From assembly GCF_009914755.1 (NCBI RefSeq), contig NC_060929.1: 64,000 nt of DNA. One strand, 5' to 3'. A program made the translations under genes and the position numbers. Below are positions 49,342 through 64,000 of the stretch, one piece after another (the stretch's first letter is position 1; every line of letters begins with the position of its first letter). This DNA is from the human T2T-CHM13v2.0 reference genome, Homo sapiens. Under the pieces are notes generated by a model. That model saw only the letters and a list, made by a program, of their open reading frames with translations, made no database searches and was not told where the DNA came from.

Positions 49342-49636
49342 ATTTTATTTTTGATACAGTGTCTTACTCTGTCACCCAGGCTGTAGTGCAATGGTAAAAT
49401 CATGACTCACTACAGTCTTGACCTCCTGGGTTCAAGCAATCCTCCCACCTCAGCCTCCTGAGTAGCTAGAACTACACATGCACACCACCATGCCCCGCTA
49501 GTTTATATTTTCTTTAATTTTTTGTAGAGATGAGATTTCACTATGTTGCCCCTGGTCTCAAACTCTTGAGCTCAAGCAATCCCACCTGGGCCTCCTAAAG
49601 TGTGGGGATTACAGGTTTGAACCACTGCACCCAGTC
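49342..49636 (-). mobile_element. AluJ
   Basis: atcatgactcactacagtcttgacctcctgggttcaagcaatcctccc; tttgtagagatgagatttcactatgttgcc. Confidence 0.9.
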
Positions 49637-49639
49637 TTA

Positions 49640-50170
49640 AAATTTCTTTATGGTTATTCAAGAAAAATATGAATAGATATTCATGTTTACTTCCTTTTTA
49701 TTACACAAAATGTAGCATACGGAAAAAAACACATATTGATCTGCATCTTTATTTTATAATTTAAAATATATCTTGGAGAACTCTCATATGAACACAAAAA
49801 GAACTATCTTTATTCAGATACAAAGTATTTTATTAGAGGGATGAAACATAATTTAATTAAATGGCCTCATTGATAGACATGGGAGTTATTTCTAGTCTTT
49901 TGATTTTAGAAAAATTTTCTTTAGTGACTAACATTGTCCGTAGTCCAAGGGTTTGTGCATTTGTAATTTTGACATATTGCCAATTACCCCTGTAGTGGTT
50001 ATACCAATTTACATTCAAGTCAGCAGTCTGAGAGGACCTGATTCTTCACAGCCTGTACATCCGAGTGTGTTATCCAACTTTAGGATGTTAGCCAATATGG
50101 TGGGTGAAAAATGGTATTTAAGGGTAGTTTATTTTGCATTTATCTTAGGAATGAGGTTGAGCATCTTCAA
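49640..50170 (-). mobile_element. Ancient L1M 3' relic
   Basis: gttataccaatttacattcaagtcagcag; gggtgaaaaatggtatttaagggtagtttattttgcatt. Confidence 0.65.
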
Positions 50171-50314
50171 AATACTAGAAAATGGAAGTATAGAATGAAA
50201 CTAAAACAGCATTTTCTTCTCTTATCAAGACCAAAAACCTGCACACAGCGGGCCCCAGAGAAGGAAATCTCAGCTTCCTCTGAGAGGCATTTGGGAACAG
50301 ACCACCTCTCAGTA

Positions 50315-50500
50315 CAAGTACTTCACATGAATTAACCCATTCAAATTCACACGTCCTTGAATTATAGGCACTTTTATATCATTTTACAGATGAGAAAACT
50401 GAGGTTGAGAGAGCATAACCTTCCCAAGATCTGTTAAATGACAGAGCAGGGGCTTAATCCTAGGTCTGGAGGACTTCAGGACCCTGGTTATCAACCACTA
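50315..50500 (-). mobile_element. MIR SINE
   Basis: cattttacagatgagaaaactgaggttgagagag core. Confidence 0.8.
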
Positions 50501-51052
50501 GCCTGTACCATTTAGGAGGCTGTATTTATGCATGGAGTTTGAATTAGGCCATTTGTATGCTGTTCTTCTCCCATCGGATTTATGCTCTTCTCACTGGCCT
50601 AGCCATCTTCCAACTCTGCGCCTGGTTTGGAAGGATATATTTTTTCTTTAATGTAGCTCTGGTTCATTGCTTTTCCGGGTAGAGTTTTGAGATGCAGCAA
50701 GTTCATTCTCAGGCAGTCTCTACCTCTCTGTACTTTACCCTTTTCTGCCTGTGTCTTGATAGAAGCCACTGTGTTTGTAGCAAATTATAAATATTGATCT
50801 GTTTTCTCTCTCACCTTCATATAAATATGGGAGTTGGAGCATTGGGCTGTGTAGTGATCATTTTTTAAAAAGCAATTGGGGAAAATTCATTTCTTGATTA
50901 TATATGAGGGATTAACTCAACGTAATCATGTGAGCACAAAATAATGTAAGACTAGTTGATTTGTAATTCCTTATTAAACACAACTGAACTTTCCAAAATT
51001 ACTTAGGAAAGACAAATTCCTCCCAAGTAGAGCTATTACATTGAAAATAATG

Positions 51053-51427
<375 letters not shown>

Positions 51428-51909
51428 TCATAGCCAGAGTGAATTATTAGTCTTCCACTGAAGTGGTGTGTACTTCATTAGAATGGATTGGGAGCCCTAT
51501 CAGCAACAGCTGTCCATCAAGGAAGCCTTCAGTAGGTTATAAAATAACTAACCTGTATTCACGACTGCTTGCAAACCCTTCCAGGTTCCTTTGATTTCAT
51601 GGTTGCATCTAGGCATTCTCATTCCCAGCAACCACCTTCAGAAACTTCTCTCTGGTAACCCAGGACAGCACTTCTACAGCTGCTTCTGCCTTGCCTGTCT
51701 AGCTCTCTTTCCTCCTCCTAGCCTGAAACCTCAGCACGGCTGCTGTAGGAAAGCAAGTTTTTTAAAGCTGGGTCCCCTTCCCATGAAACCTGCACCAGCA
51801 ACATCTAGTTTCACAATCTTGGGTCATAGATGTCCTGGAAACCAAGGACCAGGTTAAGGCTGTTTAGAATAAAAAATCACCTAGGCAAATCAAATCACTT
51901 GAAAATTGC

Positions 51910-52621
51910 TATTACTATTATTAAAAAGTCAAAAAATAACAGATGCTGGCAAGACTGCAAAGAGAAGGGAATGTTTATTCACTGTTGATGGGAATGTAAA
52001 TTAGTTCAGCCACTGTGGAAAGCAGTTTGGAGATTTCTCACAGAACTTAAAACAGAGCTACCATCTGACCCAGCAATACCATTACTGGGTATATACATAA
52101 AGGAGAACAAATTGTTCTACCAAAAAGGCACATATATTCATCGCCATGCTATTTACAATAGCGAAGACATGGAATCAACCTAGGTGCACATCAACAGTGG
52201 ATTGGATAAAGAAAATGTGGTACATATACAACGTGGAATAATATGCAGCCATAAAAACGATGAAATCATGTCCTTTGCAGCAACATGGATGCAGCTGGAG
52301 GCCATTATCCTAAGAAAATTAAAACAGAAACAGAAAACCAAATACCACGCATTCTTACATATAGGTGATAACTAAGCATTGGGAAACACATGGATGTAAA
52401 GATGGGAACAATAGATGCTGGGGACTACTACGAGAGGGAGAGAGGGAAAGGAGGAAGGGCTAAAAAACTACCTATTGGGTACTGTATTTACTACCTAGGT
52501 GACAGAATTACTTGTACTCCAAGCCTCAGTATCTCACCTTATACCCATGTAACAAACCTGCACATGCATTCCCTGAATCTAAAATAAAAGTTGAAATTAG
52601 AAAAGAAAAAAAAAAAGAAAA
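51910..52621 (+). mobile_element. L1PA15-17-like 3' fragment (5'-truncated)
   Basis: aaaactacctattgggtact...cctgaatctaaaataaaagttgaaatt tail; TSD ga(a/c)aattgc at 51901-51909 and 52622-52630. Confidence 0.88.
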
Positions 52622-52874
52622 GACAATTGCCCTTAACGTGTATCTCATGTCCCTGCCATACAATTCAGTTGAACAATGAGGGAATTTAAGGAATTGCCAC
52701 CCCATGCGCTGCCTTTTACCCCATCCCAAGGGCTCATCTCAAAGGTGTCTTTTTCTGTCCTGGGTAGAGGTAGGTCTGGAAGAAGACTTTGGCAGGAAAA
52801 GAAGGAAGGGGAAACAAGATGCAGGTGCCTCTATTTTTCTTCTCTCTGCTTCCATTGTGAACAACTTCCTTTTA

Positions 52875-53462
52875 CATGGTGGTTCCCCGCCCCCTTGGCT
52901 ACATATTGGAACTACCTGGAAAGTTTTAAAAATACTGATGCCTGGGTCTCATTGTATTTGGATGGTCTAGGGTGCAACCTGAGTTGTTTAAAGACCCCCA
53001 CATGTACACACATGTTTATAGCAGTATCATTAACAATAGCCAAGAGGTGGAAGCAACCTCAGTGTCCACTGATGGATGAGTAGAAAAACAAAATGTGGTG
53101 TATGTATATAATAGAATACTATTCATTCCTAAAAAGGAAGGGAATTCTGATATATATTACAACATGGATGAACCTGGAGAAAACTCATGCTTGAGTCTGA
53201 TAAGTGGACTAAAAGACAAATACTGCATGATTCCACTTGGTAGAGGTAGACTGCTAGAGTAGTCACGGACTTTTGGCTCCTATCATACATATGAGCAGTT
53301 CTCACATGGCAGTTTCCAGATTTGCTCTGCAAGAACCTCCTGGGGTCTCTAATTTTCATCCTACAATTATAGAATCTGAATTTCAATGGTTGGAGCCTGG
53401 GAATATAAACTTCAATCATCCCCCCAAGTCATTCTGATGAGCTGTAAGTGCTGGAAGTCACT
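52875..53462. mobile_element. MER5-type pieces flanking an L1MB 3'UTR fragment (+, about 52998-53265)
   Basis: MER5: ccttggctacatattggaactacctggaaagttttaaaaatactgatgcctggg and ccccaagtcattctgatg. L1MB: gccaagaggtggaagcaacctcagtgtccactgatggatgag. Confidence 0.7.
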
Positions 53463-53964
53463 AGATGTCCTAAAATCCAAACTCTCTGATCTCACCTGAG
53501 GTCTTAGGCACTCTGGCTCTAGCACATTTTTCCAGCCTTACTTCCTATCTTCCCTGTGCCCTTTAGAGAGGGCATTGTGTCCTTCGTCTCCTCTGCACTT
53601 ACACCATGCCCTGGTTCAGAATTTTCTTCCTGCCTAGAGTGCCTTCTACTCCTTTGCACTTTGCCCTTCTCCTCAACCTTTGAGGCTTGGACCAACTTCT
53701 GCCTCTTCCATGGAACTTCCCTGGATTCCTTTCCCCATACTCATTTTTTCTCTCTCCTCTCCCCACCACTGGTCACAATTTGTTGTGAGCTGTAGGGCCC
53801 TTTCCATTGTAGTGTGTGCATATCTCACTTTTGACATATTCAGGATATGGTCTCATGCTTGGTTCTAATTCTCTCTAGGCAAGATAAGGAAGTTCCCTGG
53901 TACCAGCATGATGCTTGGCTGAGAGTAAATATTCAATATTTGTTGCACTAAAATGAATTTAACT

Positions 53965-55020
53965 TTCCAGCTCAGACCTTCTTTACTTCTAAAGTCCAGA
54001 TAAATATATCCAGAGGTCTACAAGATGTCTCAAGCTATTCAAACAAAACACAGTCAAAATGAAGTCTTGATATTTCCATACAGTTCTCCCTTTCCTAGTG
54101 TCCCTGTCTCAACAATGGCATCTCTAGCACGCAATTACTTGCTCAAGTGAGAATGCTGGACATCACCTTTTATACCTCCGTGTTTCTCTCCTCCCATATC
54201 CAATCAGACACCAGGAACTGGCAATTTCATTCCCAAAATTAATTACAAACCCTCCCTTTTCTCTCCATCTTTATTTCTCACCACCTGGTATTGTCATCTC
54301 TCTCTAAAGTGAAATATGACCTTGTCTCAAACACCCACCTTGCCCCTTCCAGCTTATTCTCCTTACTGCAGAGAATGTGGTTCTGGCCTCATTCTGGCCA
54401 TGTCACTCCATTGCTCAAACCCTGTCATTGGGTGCCCATGACATCTGGCCATGTCACTCCATTGCTCAAACCCTGTCATTGGGTGCCCATGACATCTGGC
54501 CATGTCACTCCATTGCTCAAACCCTGTCATTGGATGCCCACTGCTCTTGATAGTTACGGTCGTCTGTAGGATCTGGAAGGCTCTGAGTGATCCAGCCTTT
54601 GCCAGTGCCTCCTGCCTCGCACCCTGCTTTTACTCCTGCTACAGCAACACCATCTCCACCACTGTGCTTTATTTTGGCCTCACTTCTTTCCTTCTCCAGA
54701 GAATTTGCCCATAATGATCTCTCTGCACAGAGTTCTGGTACTATCTACCCTGTGAGTAACAACTACCCATTACACTTTTTTCAAGCTTTAGTGTATATGT
54801 CACTAATTTAAAGTGAGATCTGTCCTCAGCCCAAGTGTAGAAGGCGGCCAGATTCCCTCCACAGAGCACTCTTGATTTTTCCATCTTAGCCCCTGTTATA
54901 AGTGTACTTATTAAAAATAATAATTTCTTGGATATTCCCACTCTACTGAGTTTCATCCCTGATTGCATCCCCATCTTTAAGCATATAGTAATTGCTCAAT
55001 AAATAATTGCTGCATGAATC
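53965..55020 (+). mobile_element. L2 LINE 3' region
   Basis: tccagctcagacctt...ccatatccaatcagacacc...catgtcactccattgctcaaa...tgctcaataaataattgctgcatgaat. Confidence 0.75.
54393..54540. repeat. 51-bp tandem repeat, about 2.9 copies
   Basis: Unit tctggccatgtcactccattgctcaaaccctgtcattgggtgcccatgaca starts at 54393, 54444 and 54495; copies 1 and 2 identical, copy 3 has one mismatch. Confidence 0.97.
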
Positions 55021-55669
55021 AACTCCATCCAACCTGCCTGCACAGACCATCCTCATTTTGCAAGCCCCTCTCCTTTTCAACCCCAAGGTAGAAAAAAAAT
55101 CGTTAATGTATCTGCCACAGAATTGCTCTTTTCTTGAGCTGGCCCAAGCTAATCACTGATATGCAAGATGGGGAGGGCTGTCTTAGGAGGGAGAAATGCA
55201 GGAGTGGGCTTCTGGTCACCATTGTGCTAAAAACCCAAGTCCTCCACCCCTTCTCCACTGAGCACCCACCATGACTGGAACACAGTTCTGTAGCCTCTGG
55301 CCCCTACCTGCCAGGCTCTGGACCTGGGACTGGAAGTTGGGAGGGAGGGAGGGAAGCCCCAGCCTTTTCTCTTTGCCTTTCAGGGCACATTGTCATGAAC
55401 AAAGGCAGGAGAAGGCGGATTCTTTTCTTGTGATGAATGCTGCATTTTAAATGAAGTTCCTTAGGCATTTAAACAATCATATTTATTCTACATGCAACAG
55501 TAGTTTCATTATATATAGTGAAAATCCTTCTAAATGTTAATGTAACATTGGACCAAGGAACCTCACATTTGGAATGAATAAACCAAGACGTGGCCTCACA
55601 TTAGTGAAAATATACTGAGCTTAGTTCTCTGCTGCAACTTGTTTTAGGAAGAAAACAATTTCTCATAGT

Positions 55670-55830
55670 TGTAAAGAACACAGGCTTTGAAGCCTCTGAA
55701 AGACCTGGGTTTAAATCCTAGCTTACTAACCTGGTGGCTTCAGGTAAATTATTTGAGGTTAGTGAACCTTCTTTATAGGGCTTTTTGAAGGGATTACACT
55801 GAAGAACATATATCAACTTATTAGTATACA
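55670..55830 (+). mobile_element. MIR SINE
   Basis: aaagaacacaggctttgaag...agacctgggtttaaatcctagct. Confidence 0.65.
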
Positions 55831-55849
55831 GTGCTTTCAGTATATAGTA

Positions 55850-56035
55850 TGCAAATGGCCCTCCATACCCATGGGTTCTGCATCTGTGGATTCAACCAAG
55901 CACAGATCAAAAATACTTGGGAAAAGAAATTCATAAAGTCCCAAAAAGAAAAAACTTGAATTTGTTGCACATCAACTGCTGTGTCAAACCCGAGTGAAGT
56001 GATGTGTAGGCATTGTATTAGGTATTATAAGTATT
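55850..56035 (+). mobile_element. MER2B (TcMar-Tigger) fragment
   Basis: ggccctccatacccatgggttctgcatctgtggattcaaccaa...gaagtgatgtgtaggcattgtattaggtattataagta. Confidence 0.85.
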
Positions 56036-56129
56036 AAAATTGTTAGTAGTATTATAAATTCCTTATATTCTATTAATAGCACAGTGATAGAGCTTATCTT
56101 GAGTCAAGTTGAATCTTACCTAACATCCA

Positions 56130-56390
56130 CCATTCATTCCATAATTATTTCTTGAGCTCCTACTTTGGTTCAGGCAGTATGCTAGGTACTGGGTAATATT
56201 TTGGTGAGTGAAATGAACAAGGGTTTGCCCTTATGAAACATAAAGTCAATGAGGGACAGAAAAACAGGTAAACAAACCAATTAGTATATAGCTATTAAAA
56301 CAAAATGTGACTTGTGCTGCAGGGGAATGAGCTGTGTGCTGTGAGAGGAGATGATAGGGAGGAACTGCACAGATGAGGTCATCAGAGACG
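56130..56390 (-). mobile_element. L2 3' end
   Basis: cattcattcc...ttgagctcctactttggttcaggcagtatgctaggtactggg. Confidence 0.7.
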
Positions 56391-56524
56391 TGCAAACCCA
56401 CGAGTGCAACTGAGAAGATCAGGCCCTTGGCTGACTCCTGTTCCCACCCGCACAACACAGGACCATCAGAGACTGTCAAAAACTGTGTTCATTCATCGTG
56501 GTACTCTTCAAATTTCCTGACATT

Positions 56525-56840
56525 TTACAAAGCTAGCCTCACTCTGATGCTTTCCCTAATCTGACCAAAAACTGGTGATTGTACAACACACACCCAACCT
56601 TCAGATCGGTAAATTAAAAAGAAAAACTCTTAAATAAAATGTTAGCAAACGTAATCCAGCAGCATTTAGAAAGAATAATTCACCACAACCAACTGGATTT
56701 ATTCCCAGAATATACAGGTACATTGATATAAATTAATCTGCTAATATAATTTATCCTATCAGTCCCTCAAAGAAGTAAAACTGTATCCTCATCTCCTACA
56801 GATGGAAAAATTCTTTCATTGTATTCAACATTCAGAATAA
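56525..56840 (+). mobile_element. Very old L1M ORF2 (RT) fragment
   Basis: aaataaaatgttagcaaacgtaatccagcagcatttagaaagaataattcaccacaaccaactggattttattcccaga encodes an NKxLANxIQQH..IIHHxQxGFIP-like motif. Confidence 0.7.
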
Positions 56841-57526
56841 AGTTTTTCCTTACTACTCATTGCTGTGGTTATTTTACCTGAAGTTCTAAGGCTTTTGATT
56901 ACCAAGCATGATGACTAACGTAAGCAAACATCAAGGTTAGAACAAAAATATTGTGTGTATCTGTGTGTGTGTGTGTGGAGTAGGGGTAAACTGGCCATTT
57001 CTACCAGGTTCGTTTAGATTATATCAATATCCATAAGACTTCAAAACCAATATAAGCACCATTTCAGCACAGTTCATGACTTGTACTTAGCCTAGGAACT
57101 GAAACAGAAGTAACAGGAAAAAATCCCCAAAGGCTATGGCCACTCAAAAGTGGGATGGTTTATGCTAAGGTATAACTGACTGACAGCCTCTGCTTCTGAA
57201 ATTAATTACGTTTCTTCTGGAGTTAAATTTGCTGATGATGCTTCTCACAAAAATATGAGATCTTTACATAGCAAATGCTCTAATTAAATAAGAATAAAGG
57301 CAGAAAACTTCAAGACCTAAATGAGATACATTTATTCCGTGCATGTGGTTGAATCTTTAATAATTTGAAATGTAACAGCCTCTTCCCTCCTGGGATAGCA
57401 ATGATATCTTGCTCTTTCCTGAATTTGCATCTATCTCCCGTCTGATGTTTATTTATGACTGTGGTAAAGAGGAGAGATGCATTCACTTTGTTCTTTCCCT
57501 GCCACCCCCTGCCCAAGCTCTCAATC

Positions 57527-57929
57527 TGCCGTGCTGTGTACGGAATGGTGTCTTCCCCAAATTCATATGTTGAAGCCCTAACCCCCAATATGACTGTATT
57601 TGGAGATAGGGCTCTTAGGAAATAATTAAGGTTAAATATGGTCATAAGGGCATAGGATCCTATCAGATCCTAATCTGATAGGATTGGTGGCCTTATAAAA
57701 TCTCTCTCTCTTTCTTTTCTCTGCACCTACAACAGAAAGGCTCCATGTGAGCACACAGCAAGAAGGTGGCCACTTGCAAGCTGGGAAAAGAGCCCTCACT
57801 AGAACCTGACCACACTGGCTCCCTGATCATGAACTTCCAACCTCCAGAACTGTGAGAAAATCAATTTCTGTTCTTTATGCCACCCAGTATATGTTATTTT
57901 GTTATGACAGCCCAAACAGATTGTGATAC
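57527..57929 (+). mobile_element. MLT1A/B solo LTR (ERVL-MaLR)
   Basis: ccccaaattcatatgttgaagccctaacccccaatatgactgtatttggagatagggc...cctccagaactgtgagaaaatcaatttctg. Confidence 0.88.
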
Positions 57930-58892
57930 CCAGAGGGGAGAAAAAGGAATAGCTATGAGTATAGGGAAAACAAAGAGATCCAGCTTTTTCTTCATTCTTC
58001 TGTTTAAACATTCTTTCCTGCTTTCAACACTTGGCCCACTCAGGGAAAAATGCTGGGTTACTTGTGCCTTTGAACTAGTTTCCAAGAGACTAAGAATTGG
58101 TATACACTTCCCTGCCGAGGGACTACAGACATCATTGTTGTCTCAGAATCAACCTCTCTTTTCAGCATCCCTCCTCCACTGTAGGTCAGAACACAGTAAA
58201 GATGTATGGCAGGGGCAGTGGCACCACTATGTGCCAGATGCTGGGCTGGGCACTGCAGCCAGAGACCAGTCATTTTAATCCTCATATGGGCTGCATCAGA
58301 AATACAACAAAGGAGCCTCAGGCTATAAGTCATAGAACTTAGGCATATCTGGCTTTGAGACTAGTCCTCTTGGCACAGTTCTCTGCTCAGATCATGATGC
58401 TTCCAAGAGCTAATTATCCCAGGAGCCACAGCTGGCCAAGAACATGTGTAATGCAGACATCAGGTGGATTTCCAAACTAGTGAGTATTCTCAAAAGGACG
58501 CTCAACTTCTACTCTCCCACTTCTCCCCCATTCCCCTTCACCCTAGAATTGGATCCATTAGGCAAAGAAGATAGACAAGTCCCAGGTGCTCCATGCCCTC
58601 AAAGTTCCCAAAGGTTGCTCTTTTAAGTATTTGGGGGGAGGAGAAAGGAGCAAAAGAAAGAGAGTATGTTAAATGAGAATCTTTCAGTGGCAAGCTAGCT
58701 TGGGTAGGGATGAGGAGAGATTTAATGAATGACAAGGGGCAGTTCACAGAACCCAAGAGCAGAAAAGTGCTGGGCCCTAGGAAGAGTTACTAGAGTTAGG
58801 AACTGGAAACTGGACAGGATGCCCTGCAACTCTTGTTCTCTGTCCATCCTGCTTAACTGGTTTATCCTCCTCTCTGTTCATGTAACAACAGC

Positions 58893-62897
<4,005 letters not shown>

Positions 62898-62900
<3 letters not shown>

Positions 62901-64000
62901 ATCCACTCAGAGACCCCATCAGAAGGTCACCAACATCAAAGACCAAAAGTAGATAAATTCACAAAGATGGGGAGAAACCAGTGCACAAAAGCTGAAAATT
63001 TCAAAAACGAGAATGCCTCTTCTCCTCCAAAGGATTACAACTCCTCCCCAGCAAGAAAATAAAACTGGATGGAGAACGAGTTTGACGAATTGACAGAAGT
63101 AGGCTTCAGAACATGAGTAATAACAACCTCTTTCAAGCTAACAGAACTTTTTCTAACCCAATGCAAGGAAGCTAAGAACTTTGAAAAAAGGTTAGAGGAA
63201 TTGCTAACTAGAATAACCAGTTTAGAGAAGAACATAAATGACCTGACGGAGCTGAAAAACACAGCATGAGAACTTCATGAAGCATACACAAGTATCAATA
63301 GCTGAATCTATCAAGTGGAAGAAAGGATATCAGAGATTGCAGATCAACTTAATGAAATAAAGCAAGAAGACAAGGTTAGGGAAAAATAGTGAAAAGAAAT
63401 GAACAAAGCCTCCAAGAAATATGGGACTATGTGAAAAGACCAAAACATTTGATTGGTTTACCTGAAAGTGATGGAGAAAATGGAACCAAGTTGGAAAACA
63501 CACTTCAGGATATTATCCAGGAAAACTTCCCCAATCTATCAAGGCAGGCCAACATTCAAATTCAGGAAATACAGACAACACCACAAAGATACTTCTCGAG
63601 AAGAGCAACCCCAAGACATAATCGTCAGATTCACCAAGGTTGAAATGAAGGAAAAAATGTTAAGGGCAGCCAGAGAGAAAGGTCGGGTTACCCACAAAGG
63701 GAAGTGCATCAGACTAACGGCAGATCTCTTGGCAGAAACCCTACATGACAGAAGAGAGTGGGGGCCAATCTTCAACATTCTTAAAGAAAAAAAATTTTCA
63801 ACGCAGAATTTCATATCCAGCCAAGCTAAGCTTCATAAGTGAAGGAGAAATAAAATCCTTTACAGACAAGCAAATGCTGAGAGATTTTGTCACCAGCAGG
63901 CCTGCCTTACAAGAGCTCCTGAAGGAAGCACTAAACATAGAGAGGAACAACTGGTACCAGGCACTGCAAAAACATACCAAATTGTAAAGACCATTGACAC
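62898..64000 (+). mobile_element. Inverted 5' segment of the L1PA7 (5'UTR end plus broken ORF1); runs past the window edge
   Basis: acaaagATGgggagaaacc ORF1 start at 62967, stop TAA 63985-63987; internal stops and frameshifts; strand flips at gac 62898-62900. Confidence 0.93.

Noticed and set aside
54393-54540. CRISPR-like array or 17-aa repeat protein
   Set aside because: Head-to-tail units without spacers, in eukaryotic L2 sequence; the 51-bp period keeps frame by chance.

Overview
Primate (ape, most likely human) non-coding genomic DNA, mostly made of interspersed repeats. I find no host protein-coding gene, RNA gene, CpG island or CRISPR-like array. Every ORF with a recognisable product is a broken piece of LINE-1 ORF1/ORF2; the rest are Alu/repeat read-throughs or chance ORFs. 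Main content: a + strand L1PB4-like element (7.4-11.9 kb); old L1M relics (23.9-36.6 kb); three - strand L1PA elements (L1PA8-like 5'-truncated, and L1PA3-like and L1PA7-like each with a twin-priming 5' inversion); about a dozen Alu/FLAM copies; THE1D, MST and MLT1 solo LTRs; Tigger/hAT DNA-transposon relics; many L2/MIR fragments. I cannot support a new biological system here. The best leads are three L1 breakpoints clustered in the same ORF2 endonuclease segment, an AluS>L1PA3>AluYa5 nest with an unusually diverged Ya5, a young 51-bp tandem triplication in an ancient L2, several templated inverted insertions, and a candidate OCT4-SOX2/TCF/AP-1 enhancer near 22.3-22.5 kb. Subfamily calls come from recalled consensus diagnostics, not a RepeatMasker run, and boundaries of old elements are approximate.
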